Assembly (NCBI GenBank): GCA_012838555.1
Contig: DUOZ01000115.1
Coordinates: forward strand, 2,226 to 66,225
DNA: 64,000 bases
Reading direction: 5' to 3'
DNA from: a bacterium
GTDB lineage: Bacteria; Bacillota_I; Bacilli_A; RFN20; DUOZ01
Shown here: positions 17,972-27,531 of the stretch, piece by piece
How the letters are laid out: each line of letters begins with the position of its first letter
Position numbering within the stretch: the stretch's first letter is position 1
Translations under genes and position numbers: made by a program
Notes under the pieces: generated by a model
Database searches by the model: none
What the model saw: only the letters and a program-made list of their open reading frames with translations
Told to the model about the DNA's origin: nothing

Positions 17972-20131
17972 TTACTCTTCTCTTAAAACATCAACGATTG
18001 GTAACTTAGCAGCTTTTCTAGCAGGGAAGATTCCTGAAAGATAGGCTACTAATGATGAAATTAGAACTAATAAAATTGGAACGGAAAACGGAAGGTATTT
18101 AAAGAGGATGTTTCCACTATAAGTTATACCTCTAATAATCGGAATATTAATAATCATAAAGTTATAATCGATTCCCAAGATACTTGGAGATAAGAAATAC
18201 ACGATGATTTGAATAACGAGTGCAATAGCAAGTCCTGTTAAAGCAGCTAGAACACCTACAATAAAGGCTTCTGATAACACATATCTTTTTATATCTTTAT
18301 TGGTGCTTCCTAAAGCCCTTAAAATACCTAGTTCTAGCCGTTTTTCAATCACCGATGTATATAGTAGGATTGCTAACATAAACATTGAAACTACCATCGC
18401 TGTTACAATAAACATAGATAAAATAAACTGAGCAACCCCAATCGCAGTTGAAATAATACTCTTAAATTCAATACTTAAATCGGAGATGCTTAAGAAACTA
18501 TTTTTTGATGCATCTAATAAATCAGAGTTTTTAATACTTGAAATTATATTTAGGATATTCTGTGTATCTAAAATAACTAATTCTTTGTTTAATAAACAAA
18601 TAGAATAAGTGGTACTACAAGTTTGGGAGGTTAATTTATCAATTAAATTAGGAGCTAAACTCTCGATTTTATTATAAAAAGTATTATAGTAAAGATAAAT
18701 TTTAGGTGATGAGAATAATTCTAATTCATTTAAAATACCGACAATTGTCAATGTTTCATTAAAGTTAACAACATTTTGGTCGTGTCCATAAACATCATAG
18801 ACAGTAAAATTAAATTCTAAATGAATCTTCTTACCTATATAATCTTCATAATTACTTTCTATTCCCGCTCTATTATTTATATCGTTGATAAAGGAAGTGT
18901 TTACTATAACTTCATTAATATTATTAGATGAAGCAAAACGGCTACCTTTTACAAAATATTTTTCATAATGCTTTAAATAATTACTATCTGAAACTAATGA
19001 GATATTTGTATGTGAATAATAAACATTATAAGATTCATCAGGTTCATTAATATAATATAAATCAAAATTTCTAGTTTTTCCTAAAATATCGTCTAAACTG
19101 TATCTGTAATCTAATCGATTTGATCCTACATCATTAACTAGTTCATTTAAAATCGTATTAGAAGGTGTTTCATAAGTATAACCCCCACCAACAGTTTTTC
19201 TAACATAACTAATAGGAATAATATTAGCATCCAAGTATTTATTGATTTGTTCATCGGCAAAACGATTAGCACCTTCACCTAAACCAATAATTAAGGCAAT
19301 ACCACTAATACCAATGGAACAAGCAACAACTGTCGCAATTAAACGACCTAAATGGTTTTTGATTGATTTAAGGATCATTCTAATGCCATCTTTATATTTT
19401 AAACCTTTACTTGAGAAACGAAGTCTAGAATTACTAGTATCAGTTACAGGGTTTATAACTTCATCATAAGTAATTAAGCCGTCTTCCATTTTAATTATTC
19501 TTGTTGCGTATTCATAAGCAAAATCATGATTATGTGTAACCATGATTAATAATTTATCTTTTGCAATTTCTTTTAATAAAGTCATGATTTCCACAGCAGT
19601 CTTTGAATCAAGTGAACCTGTTGGTTCATCTGCCAAAATAATATCCGGATTGTTAATTAAAGCTCTAGCGATTGCAACTCTTTGTTTTTCTCCACCTGAA
19701 AGTTCAAGCGGGGTATTATGATGTTTTTGACTAAGCCCGACTTTATCAAGCATTTCTTTAGCCCTTTGTGTTCTTTCATTTAGACTAACACCTGCAACAG
19801 CTAAAGGAAGGGCAACATTTTCTATTGCTGTTAATGAATTGATTAAATTAAAATGTTGAAAGATAAATCCAACATTATGTCTACGATAAATATCCCAACT
19901 ATGTTTATTAAAACTTCTAGTTGATTGACCTTGTATGATAATTTCACCACTTGATGGTACTTCTAAGCCACTGATAACATTAAGTAATGTTGATTTACCG
20001 CAACCAGAAGGACCTAAAACGGCAATAAATTCATTGCGATTAAATTCAAGATTTATACCACCTAAAGCTCTAATGCCTTCATAACCGCTTTTATAAATTT
20101 TAATTAAATTTTTAACTTTCATTAAAGCCAT
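17972..20131 (-). CDS. ABC transporter with fused NBD and FtsX-like permease (MacB architecture), 719 aa, paralogue of the downstream gene
   Basis: It carries Walker A GPSGCGKST, the signature LSGGEKQR and Walker B ILADEPTGSLD. Its C-terminus is FtsX-like. A GGGGTGA RBS precedes the start. Confidence 0.75.
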   Translation of the reverse strand: MALMKVKNLIKIYKSGYEGIRALGGINLEFNRNEFIAVLGPSGCGKSTLLNVISGLEVPSSGEIIIQGQSTRSFNKHSWDIYRRHNVGFIFQHFNLINSLTAIENVALPLAVAGVSLNERTQRAKEMLDKVGLSQKHHNTPLELSGGEKQRVAIARALINNPDIILADEPTGSLDSKTAVEIMTLLKEIAKDKLLIMVTHNHDFAYEYATRIIKMEDGLITYDEVINPVTDTSNSRLRFSSKGLKYKDGIRMILKSIKNHLGRLIATVVACSIGISGIALIIGLGEGANRFADEQINKYLDANIIPISYVRKTVGGGYTYETPSNTILNELVNDVGSNRLDYRYSLDDILGKTRNFDLYYINEPDESYNVYYSHTNISLVSDSNYLKHYEKYFVKGSRFASSNNINEVIVNTSFINDINNRAGIESNYEDYIGKKIHLEFNFTVYDVYGHDQNVVNFNETLTIVGILNELELFSSPKIYLYYNTFYNKIESLAPNLIDKLTSQTCSTTYSICLLNKELVILDTQNILNIISSIKNSDLLDASKNSFLSISDLSIEFKSIISTAIGVAQFILSMFIVTAMVVSMFMLAILLYTSVIEKRLELGILRALGSTNKDIKRYVLSEAFIVGVLAALTGLAIALVIQIIVYFLSPSILGIDYNFMIINIPIIRGITYSGNILFKYLPFSVPILLVLISSLVAYLSGIFPARKAAKLPIVDVLREE

Positions 20132-20154
20132 TATTTCACCCCGTTTATCTTAAT

Positions 20155-20192
20155 TTAATTATACCATTAACGTACTTTCATTTGTTTTAAAA
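20155..20192 (-). promoter_or_regulatory. Candidate promoter for the nine-gene minus-strand operon
   Basis: On the minus strand an extended -10 TGGTATAAT maps to 20158-20166. An A/T-rich -35 region lies near 20183-20190. This is about 30 nt upstream of the ATG at 20131. Confidence 0.4.
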
Positions 20193-20224
20193 ATTTGATT
20201 TTAGATAAAGAAATTCAATAATTA

Positions 20225-20253
20225 AAAAGATTGGTTTATTACTCCAATCTTTT
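20225..20253 (-). terminator. Rho-independent terminator ending the C1-folate operon
   Basis: A perfect 10-bp stem AAAAGATTGG/CCAATCTTTT has a 9-nt loop. On the minus strand it is followed by the U-rich TTAATTATT. It overlaps the DUF951 stop codon. Confidence 0.55.
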
Positions 20254-20473
20254 AGTCGGTTTTATCATCTTGAGCTTTACTAACTATTCTTTTTAACCTT
20301 TTATTAAAATTGTATCGTGTTAGCATAATAACATTTTTACAACCCTGACATTCAATTTTAATATCAGCACCCATTCTAACAATCTTAAAGATTTTACTTC
20401 TAGTATTACAAGGGTGTTCTTTTTTCATTTCAACAATATCATATAATCCATAATCAAGTTGGGTTGATGTCAT
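20252..20473 (-). CDS. DUF951-like small protein with CxxC...CxxC-like cysteines
   Basis: It is about 73 aa from the likely start MTSTQ (AGGA RBS). The motif DIVEMKKEHPC...RMGADIKIECQGCKNVIM matches my recollection of the DUF951 family. Confidence 0.5.
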   Translation of the reverse strand: MTSTQLDYGLYDIVEMKKEHPCNTRSKIFKIVRMGADIKIECQGCKNVIMLTRYNFNKRLKRIVSKAQDDKTD

Positions 20474-21353
20474 TTTTATCATCCTCACTAAGTTCCTTTT
20501 TAATAGGTATAGCTCTTTTAAAGTTATGTTCTTGACATAGTTTTAATAGTTCTAAGTTGAAGTCTCTTCTAAAAGCATATTGAGATAATGCTCTTACTTT
20601 AGTATGAATTTCAATTGTGTAACCAATTGTTTCAAATCCGGTTAATCCTTTAATTGCGGGATTTTCAATAATTTCAGGAAACTTTTCTTTAAAGTAATCC
20701 ATTTTAGAATTAAATATATTAACAAAACGATTAATATCATCATCAAAACTTAAAGATAAATTATTAACTACAATCGAATAATTAGCTAAAGTATAATTAA
20801 TAATTTTAGAGACATCACGGTTATTGATAATAATAACTTCACCTGTATAAGCGGTAAAAGTTGTCGTTTTAATACCAATGTTAGTAATTGTACCCATTGT
20901 TTCATCAATATTTACTAAATCACCAACATTATAACTTTTTTCAACAATGATAAAGAAACCTGCGACTATATCTTTTAATAAATCTTGGAAAGCAAAACCA
21001 ATGACGATTCCTATAACACCTGCGCCAGCAAATATAGTTGCTGGATCTAAGCCGATATATTGTAAAGAAAAGATAATTCCGATAACTAAGAAGATATATC
21101 GCATAAATGAACGAATTAAATTGTTTATTGTTCTAGCTCTTTTTTTATTGAAATCACCTTTAATGAATGAAACATATTTAGTCATTATAAAGACAACGAT
21201 TCTATAAACTACAAAACAAATTAAAACGACAATTAAAACACGACCTATGGATTTTAGTAGCTCCCAAGCCCATGTGAATTTAAGAAAGTCTTCAATAAAT
21301 TGGTTAAATCTATTCCTTAGTTCCTCCAATAGTATCACCTCGATAGCTGTCAA
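20454..21353 (-). CDS. Mechanosensitive ion channel (MscS family)
   Basis: An N-terminal TM helix is followed by the conserved MscS beta-domain GDLVNIDETMGTITNIGIKTTTFTAYTGEVIIINN. The start is ambiguous, with TTG/GTG options at 21353, 21338 and 21329. It overlaps folD by 20-44 nt. Confidence 0.75.
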   Translation of the reverse strand: MTAIEVILLEELRNRFNQFIEDFLKFTWAWELLKSIGRVLIVVLICFVVYRIVVFIMTKYVSFIKGDFNKKRARTINNLIRSFMRYIFLVIGIIFSLQYIGLDPATIFAGAGVIGIVIGFAFQDLLKDIVAGFFIIVEKSYNVGDLVNIDETMGTITNIGIKTTTFTAYTGEVIIINNRDVSKIINYTLANYSIVVNNLSLSFDDDINRFVNIFNSKMDYFKEKFPEIIENPAIKGLTGFETIGYTIEIHTKVRALSQYAFRRDFNLELLKLCQEHNFKRAIPIKKELSEDDKNDINPT

Positions 21354-22161
21354 TTAAGTTTTGCATTAAGGCAATGTTAGTTAAAGGTCCAACACCACCA
21401 GGTACTGGAGAGATTGCTCTTACAAATTCTTTGACACTTCTTTTAACGTCTCCGACCATTTTTCCATTTTCGTCATAGTGAATTCCTACATCAATTACGA
21501 TGCTATTAGGATTAAAGTATTTTTCATCGATAAATTCTTTTTGACCGATTGCTACTATTACTATATCTTTATTTTTACAGATATCTGGTAAGTTCTTTGT
21601 TTTTGAATGACATAATGTCACAGTAGCATCTTCATTATTTAAAAGTAGGAATAAAGGTTTTCCGACATTTCTACTTCGACCAATAACAGCAATATTTTCA
21701 CCATCTAGAGGAATCTTATAATATTTTAATAATTCAACAATAGCCCTAGCGGTAGCACCAACATGGCATTTATAGCCTTGGTATAATAAACCTAAATTAT
21801 GAAGAGTACATCCATCAATATCCTTTTTATAATCTAAATAAGAAAAGACGACATCTTCATCAATAGTATTACCTAAAGGTCGATCAATCATAATACCATC
21901 AACATTATTATCATTTGATAGTCTAACTACTAAATCAATCATTTGGTCTTGATTATATGATTCACAATCAAAAACCTCAACGCCAACACCGATTTCATTG
22001 GCTAGTCTTTGTCTTCCTTTTAAATAAGAAAGTGATCCACTATCTTTAGTAGAAATTAAAATCGCTAATTTTGGGTTTCTTCCTTTATAATATTTTTTTA
22101 TATCCTCAATTAAGGTAGCTTTTAATTCATTAGCAGCTTTTTTACCATCTAGAAGCATCAT
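21310..22161 (-). CDS. folD: Bifunctional methylene-THF dehydrogenase / methenyl-THF cyclohydrolase
   Basis: It is 283 aa with the C-terminal PVPGGVGPLT motif and the typical FolD layout. Confidence 0.85.
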   Translation of the reverse strand: MMLLDGKKAANELKATLIEDIKKYYKGRNPKLAILISTKDSGSLSYLKGRQRLANEIGVGVEVFDCESYNQDQMIDLVVRLSNDNNVDGIMIDRPLGNTIDEDVVFSYLDYKKDIDGCTLHNLGLLYQGYKCHVGATARAIVELLKYYKIPLDGENIAVIGRSRNVGKPLFLLLNNEDATVTLCHSKTKNLPDICKNKDIVIVAIGQKEFIDEKYFNPNSIVIDVGIHYDENGKMVGDVKRSVKEFVRAISPVPGGVGPLTNIALMQNLIDSYRGDTIGGTKE

Positions 22162-23823
22162 CTAAAATACCCCCTTGATCGTACCATCTTCTAAAATATC
22201 CATATTATTAGCAGCCGGAACCTTTGGCAAACCAGGCATCGTTAGAATTTTTCCAGTTAACGGAACAATAAATCCTGCACCATTAGATAATCTAATCCCT
22301 TTAATTGTAATATTAAATCCTCTAGGTCTTCCGATTAAAGCATCATTATCAGAAATGGAGTTTTGTGTTTTGGCCATACAGACTAATAAGTTATCTCTTC
22401 CATGGTTTTTTAATCTTTCAAGTTCATTTAAGGCCTCATTTGTATAAGTGACACCATCAGCACCATAAATACTCTTACAAATCTTTTCAATCTTTACTTC
22501 TAATGGTTCATTTACTTCATAAAGAGGTTTAAAGTTATTTTTAATAGGGATTGAATTAATAAACTTAGCTAATTCTACAGCTCCTTCTCCTCCATGAGCA
22601 TGAACATTACATAAGAATAAAGGATGATTATTTTCTTTACACCAATTAGTTAGGGCTTCTATTTCGCTTTCATCATCGCTAGCAAATTGGTTAATAGCGA
22701 CGATATAAGGCAAATTGTATGAAGCAATATTTTCAATATGTTTTTCTAAGTTAGGGATACCCTTCATTAAAGCGTCTGGATCAGGAGTAATTAAATCGCT
22801 TCGATCTTTACCTCCGTGCATTTTTAAAGCTCTAATAGTTGCTACAATTACCACTGCTGAAGGTCTTAAATTACCTTGTCTACATTTAATGTCTAAAAAT
22901 TTTTCAGCACCTAAATCAGCACCAAAACCTGCTTCTGTTACTACAACATCACTCATCTTTAAAGCCATTTTTGTTGCAATAATAGAGTTACAGCCATGAG
23001 CAATATTAGCAAAAGGACCTCCATGAATAAAGGCAGGACCACCTTCAAGTGTTTGAACTAGATTAGGTTTAATCGCATCTTTCATCACTACACCTAAGGC
23101 ACCTACAATGTTTAAGTCTTTTACGTATACTGGTTCATCATCATAAGTGTAAGCCACAACCATATTACCGATTTTCTTTTTAAAATCGTTTAAATCATTA
23201 GATAAACATAAAATAGCCATAACTTCACTTGCTACAGTAATATTAAAACCGTCTTCTCTTTCAACGCCATTACCTTTGCCTTTACCAATTGTGATATTTC
23301 TTAAGGTACGATCATTCATATCCATACAACGTTTAATAACGACTCTTGTTGGGTCAATATTTAATTGATTCCCTTGATGGATATGATTATCTAAACAAGC
23401 ACAGATTAAGTTATTAGCTGTTGTTATTGCATGCATATCACCAGTAAAATGCAAGTTAATATCATCCATTGGAACAACTTGAGCATAACCTCCGCCTGCT
23501 GCCCCACCTTTTAAACCAAATACTGGACCTAGGGAAGGTTCTCTTAAGCAAATCATTGTTTTAGTTCCAATTTTTCTTAAAGCTTGGCCAAGACCAATAG
23601 TCATTGTTGTTTTACCTTCACCAGCTTTTGTTGGAGTAATCGCTGTTACTAAGATTAATTTTCCATCTTCATTATTTTTAATCTTTTCATAATAGTCTAA
23701 ATTAATTTTAGCTTTATAATGACCATATGGTTCAACAAAATCTAGAGGTATTTCACACTCTTTAGCCACATCTATGATTTTTCTTAACTTACAACTTTGA
23801 GCAATCTCAATATCACTTTTCAC
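22162..23823 (-). CDS. fhs: Formate--tetrahydrofolate ligase
   Basis: It is 553 aa with the [11 protein letters not shown]-loop and [11 protein letters not shown] motif. It abuts folD with no gap. Confidence 0.9.
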   Translation of the reverse strand: MKSDIEIAQSCKLRKIIDVAKECEIPLDFVEPYGHYKAKINLDYYEKIKNNEDGKLILVTAITPTKAGEGKTTMTIGLGQALRKIGTKTMICLREPSLGPVFGLKGGAAGGGYAQVVPMDDINLHFTGDMHAITTANNLICACLDNHIHQGNQLNIDPTRVVIKRCMDMNDRTLRNITIGKGKGNGVEREDGFNITVASEVMAILCLSNDLNDFKKKIGNMVVAYTYDDEPVYVKDLNIVGALGVVMKDAIKPNLVQTLEGGPAFIHGGPFANIAHGCNSIIATKMALKMSDVVVTEAGFGADLGAEKFLDIKCRQGNLRPSAVVIVATIRALKMHGGKDRSDLITPDPDALMKGIPNLEKHIENIASYNLPYIVAINQFASDDESEIEALTNWCKENNHPLFLCNVHAHGGEGAVELAKFINSIPIKNNFKPLYEVNEPLEVKIEKICKSIYGADGVTYTNEALNELERLKNHGRDNLLVCMAKTQNSISDNDALIGRPRGFNITIKGIRLSNGAGFIVPLTGKILTMPGLPKVPAANNMDILEDGTIKGVF

Positions 23824-24468
23824 TTATTTTCCTCCTTCCAATCTATTCATTAATTTATTTAAGAGTGAAGATAATTTATTCACTCTAAGTTCTGTTGCCA
23901 TTTTAATTATATCGTTAACCTTATTAATAATATCTTCATCTTTGATATAAGGTAGGTTTATTTTTAAATTAACAATATTGGATTGGATACTACTATCAAG
24001 TAAAATAACCCCAATAATTAAATCACTTATAATTGATTTAACAACATATGGTTCGATTATTTCATATTGCTCATAAGCTTCTAAGCATGTTTCTAAAATA
24101 CGATAAGGAATCATTATATTTTTATTTGATGCTTCATTTAATCTTTTTTCTTTAATATTTTGTTCATTTTGAGTTGTAACTTTTAATTTATAAATATCCA
24201 TAAAATGATTAAAAGCATCTACGTCATTTTGAATTTCATCTAAAAGTGTTGTACCCAAAAGAGTTAACTTATCAGATGCTTCGTTAATTTGATGTTGAAT
24301 CTTTTCATCCAAAGATAAAAAACTCTTGCGTTTTTTAGAAATTAAGATAGCCATATTGGATAAGCCAATGCCTAAACTTAAAACATAACTAATAACGGCT
24401 CCTCCTCCAGGAGTAGGAGCATCACTATTAAGTAAATAATAAAACTGTTCAAGAGTTTTTCGTTTCAT
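23824..24468 (-). CDS. Cyclodeaminase/cyclohydrolase-family protein (FTCD C-terminal domain / FchA-like methenyl-THF cyclohydrolase)
   Basis: It is 214 aa. The N-terminal PTPGGGAVISYVLSLGIGLSNM is characteristic of the formiminotransferase-cyclodeaminase helical domain. Confidence 0.65.
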   Translation of the reverse strand: MKRKTLEQFYYLLNSDAPTPGGGAVISYVLSLGIGLSNMAILISKKRKSFLSLDEKIQHQINEASDKLTLLGTTLLDEIQNDVDAFNHFMDIYKLKVTTQNEQNIKEKRLNEASNKNIMIPYRILETCLEAYEQYEIIEPYVVKSIISDLIIGVILLDSSIQSNIVNLKINLPYIKDEDIINKVNDIIKMATELRVNKLSSLLNKLMNRLEGGK

Positions 24469-24470
24469 TT

Positions 24471-25892
24471 TTATTTTCCTTCTTTCTCAACAATGTGACG
24501 AGCTACCCAAACACCATTAGCACCTGCTTGAGCTAATCCTCTTGTTAATCCTGCTCCATCACCCGCGACAAAAAGATTATTAATTTGGGTTTCAAAATAC
24601 TTATTAACAATAGGTCTAGCTGAGTAGAATTTAGCTTCTACACCATATAGTAAGGTGTGTTCTGAAGCAATACCAGGTGTAACATGGTCTAAAGCTTCAA
24701 TCATTTCAATAATAGACTTCATTGTATTATATGGTAAAACTAATCCTAAATCACCAGGAGTTGCCTCAACAAGTGTAGGCTTAACAAAACCTTCGGCTAA
24801 ACGCTTCGCAGTTGTTCTTCTTCCTAGTAAGATATCACCATATTTTTGAACTAAAACACCACCATTTGTCAATTTATTGGCTAATTTAGCAATATCATGT
24901 GCAAATTGATTTGGTTGGGTAAAAGGTTCATTAAATGAATGAGAGACTAATAATGCAAAGTTAGTATTTTTACTTCCTAAAGATGGATCTTTAAAAGCGT
25001 GTCCATTAACTAACATCGTTCCGGATTGATTTTCAATGACGACGTGACCTGATGGATTTGAACAGAAAGTTCTTACTTTAGTACCAACACTTGCATTATA
25101 AATAAACTTTCCTTCATATAAATGTTCATTGATTTCATCCATAATAACATCATTGGTTTCAACTCTAACACCTATATCAACTTGGTTGTTTAACATTTCT
25201 AATCCATGATTTTCTAAAACTTCTTCTAGCCAAGTTGAACCATCTCTTCCTGGAGCTAGAATAATATATTTGGCTTCAATTATTTCGCCTTTTTCCAATT
25301 TAACACCAGTAACTTTGCCATTTTCAACAATAACATCACTTACTAAGGTTCTAAATCTAAAGTCAACTTTTTCTTTTAAATATTCATATATACTTTTTTG
25401 TATTTTTAAGTTTTGTTCTGTACCTAAATGTCTTACTCTTGCACGCAGAAGTTTTAAACCAGCTGCATAGCCTCTTCTTTCAATCTCTTTTACTTTTAAA
25501 GTAGTTGGATCGGTTAATTCAGAATTAGCTCCATGTTTTAAATTAATTTCATCGACATAATTAATTAATTCTGCGACTGTATCATTATCTAAATAATCAG
25601 CCATCCAACCTCCGAACTCTTCAGTTATATTAAATTTACCATCAGAAAAGGCTCCTGCTCCACCAAATCCGCATGTAATTGAACATGCAGGATAACAACC
25701 AGTTGGCCGATTTTTTGCTCCTGTAGGACATTGTTTAACTCTTTTATCTAAAATTGGACAGTGACGTGAATAAATATCATGCCCCTTATCAATTAGTAGA
25801 ACTTTTAAATTTGGATTCTTTAATGTTAATTCGTAACAAGCTGCTGTTCCAGCAGGACCAGCACCAACAACAATTACATCATACTTTGACAT
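24471..25892 (-). CDS. FAD-dependent oxidoreductase (COG2509-like uncharacterised flavoprotein) with Cys-rich segment
   Basis: It has an N-terminal Rossmann motif DVIVVGAGPAGTAACYEL and a C-terminal GDGAG. A Cys cluster reads CPIL..C....C..C.ITCG. An AAGAGG RBS precedes the start. Confidence 0.6.
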   Translation of the reverse strand: MSKYDVIVVGAGPAGTAACYELTLKNPNLKVLLIDKGHDIYSRHCPILDKRVKQCPTGAKNRPTGCYPACSITCGFGGAGAFSDGKFNITEEFGGWMADYLDNDTVAELINYVDEINLKHGANSELTDPTTLKVKEIERRGYAAGLKLLRARVRHLGTEQNLKIQKSIYEYLKEKVDFRFRTLVSDVIVENGKVTGVKLEKGEIIEAKYIILAPGRDGSTWLEEVLENHGLEMLNNQVDIGVRVETNDVIMDEINEHLYEGKFIYNASVGTKVRTFCSNPSGHVVIENQSGTMLVNGHAFKDPSLGSKNTNFALLVSHSFNEPFTQPNQFAHDIAKLANKLTNGGVLVQKYGDILLGRRTTAKRLAEGFVKPTLVEATPGDLGLVLPYNTMKSIIEMIEALDHVTPGIASEHTLLYGVEAKFYSARPIVNKYFETQINNLFVAGDGAGLTRGLAQAGANGVWVARHIVEKEGK

Positions 25893-25944
25893 ACCATTAC
25901 CTCTTTTACTAATTAATTTGGAGCATCAATTAAAAATACCCCTT

Positions 25945-25985
25945 TTAATTATACATTAACAACAATTTTTATTCACTACCAAATA
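25945..25985 (-). promoter_or_regulatory. Candidate promoter of the C1-folate operon
   Basis: On the minus strand an extended -10 TGTATAAT maps to 25948-25955, about 55 nt upstream of the ATG at 25892. Confidence 0.35.
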
Positions 25986-26017
25986 TAAAACTGCCTTATT
26001 ATAAGATTTAACATTTT

Positions 26018-26040
26018 ATTATACTACGTCATTATACTAC
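26018..26040. repeat. Direct repeat ATTATACTAC x2 (13-bp periodicity) in divergent promoter region
   Basis: The copies lie at 26018-26027 and 26031-40, separated by GTC. Confidence 0.4.
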
Positions 26041-26186
26041 AGATTTTTAAATGAAAAGTTGAGATTATATCAAGGTTTTTACTCATTTTAATGATCACCT
26101 TATTGCATAATTTATATAATCATTTAATCTATTCTACATTATATATTATTGTGATAAAATTAACATGATAAAGAAGAGGTTTAATT

Positions 26187-27125
26187 ATGAAAACCAAGAA
26201 ATTATTTAGATTTTTAACATCATTACTACTGTTGGGGTTACTAGGTTGTACAGTTGTTGTAGAAAATAAATCTTACAGTGATGAAGAAGTTTTTGATATA
26301 GCAGTTTCATATATAGAAATAGAAAAACAATATGAAATTGTTCAATTTTACTATCCTCTAAATTTTTTAGAAGAAGATGATTTAATCAAGCATTATACAA
26401 TGGCATCTTATGCTAGACCTAACTTTGCTTTAATTAAAAGTAAAGATAATAAATATTATTTAATCGAATATATTGGCAGTAATAATAAAAATATTAGATT
26501 AAAAGATATGTATAATGTCATGGAGATATCACTTCCTGTTTCTCCTGATTATTATGAAGTTTTGTATAAAGATTTAACACAAGAAAATAAAGAATTTGTG
26601 AATTCTTATCTAGGTAAAGAATTATATATTGATTTAAGAAATTCAAATGAATCAACAATTAGACTTGCTAAAAATAATCGTATCTATATTGATATGAATG
26701 AATATGGATTTTATTTGTATGAAGATGATATTTTACTATTTATATCTAATTTTAATGATGCAAAACGTGTATTTATAACTCAAGAAAATGTCTATGATTA
26801 TTTTGATATTGAAGTTAGTTTTGGTAAAGCTTATGGCCGTAATGAGTATTATGAATACATAAACTTTGAATTTAAAGCCAAAGATAGAGTGATGGTATTA
26901 TTCTCTCGTATAACATTTAATTTTAATATAATCGTTAAAACTGATTCTGTTTCTAGTGTCTTTATTGATAATTTAGAACATAAATCTGGAGTTTATGGTA
27001 CTGGATTTACTAGTCACACTGTAACTTATTCGCTTAATGAAAATGATTATTTCTATAGTGATTTTGTAACGATCGAAGTTAAAGACATTACTAATATTAA
27101 TACTTTAGTTTATTTTATAGGTTAA
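26187..27125 (+). CDS. Hypothetical lipoprotein
   Basis: A signal peptide with lipobox LLGC is followed by 312 aa with no recognisable domain. Confidence 0.55.
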   Translation: MKTKKLFRFLTSLLLLGLLGCTVVVENKSYSDEEVFDIAVSYIEIEKQYEIVQFYYPLNFLEEDDLIKHYTMASYARPNFALIKSKDNKYYLIEYIGSNNKNIRLKDMYNVMEISLPVSPDYYEVLYKDLTQENKEFVNSYLGKELYIDLRNSNESTIRLAKNNRIYIDMNEYGFYLYEDDILLFISNFNDAKRVFITQENVYDYFDIEVSFGKAYGRNEYYEYINFEFKAKDRVMVLFSRITFNFNIIVKTDSVSSVFIDNLEHKSGVYGTGFTSHTVTYSLNENDYFYSDFVTIEVKDITNINTLVYFIG

Positions 27126-27132
27126 AAAGATA

Positions 27133-27167
27133 AAACTCTTCTTAAGGTTATTTCCCTAGAAGAGTTT
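27133..27167. terminator. Bidirectional rho-independent terminator between convergent genes
   Basis: A 12-bp stem AAACTCTTCTTA/TAAGAAGAGTTT has an 11-nt loop and T-rich flanks on both strands. Confidence 0.5.
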
Positions 27168-27515
27168 TTAATTTGATGATTCTTCACTTTCAACAATTGA
27201 ATCTTCTTCACAAATTGAACTTTCGGACTGAATATTAGATGGAGATGCAGATCCGGTTTTAAATAAGAAATCATTCACTAAATGATAGAAACCTGCTCCT
27301 GTTACATTAAATACAATGAATAAGGAACAAACCAAGGCTATTTTACGATTCCAATGGTTTTTACTTCTTATTTTAGAAAAAGGAAGGTTATGTTTTACTT
27401 TATATAAATTTAACATCATATTAAGTTTTCTTTGTTTTATTTTTAGAGAAAGGATTATAATAAAAGTTAAAACAAATATTACATTAATGATTATAATTAA
27501 ATACCAATACCACAT
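27168..27515 (-). CDS. Small membrane protein (two TM helices) downstream of the LytTR gene
   Basis: It is 115 aa with hydrophobic segments at residues 1-25 and 60-85 and an acidic Ser-rich tail. Confidence 0.4.
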   Translation of the reverse strand: MWYWYLIIIINVIFVLTFIIILSLKIKQRKLNMMLNLYKVKHNLPFSKIRSKNHWNRKIALVCSLFIVFNVTGAGFYHLVNDFLFKTGSASPSNIQSESSICEEDSIVESEESSN

Positions 27516-27531
27516 CTAATTATCCCTCCTT

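Noticed and set aside
21310-21353. 44-nt overlap between folD and the MscS gene
   Set aside because: It is probably a start-codon artefact. In-frame GTG (21338) and TTG (21329, with a GAGGTGA RBS) alternatives shorten the overlap to 20-29 nt. It is not treated as a programmed frameshift or fusion.
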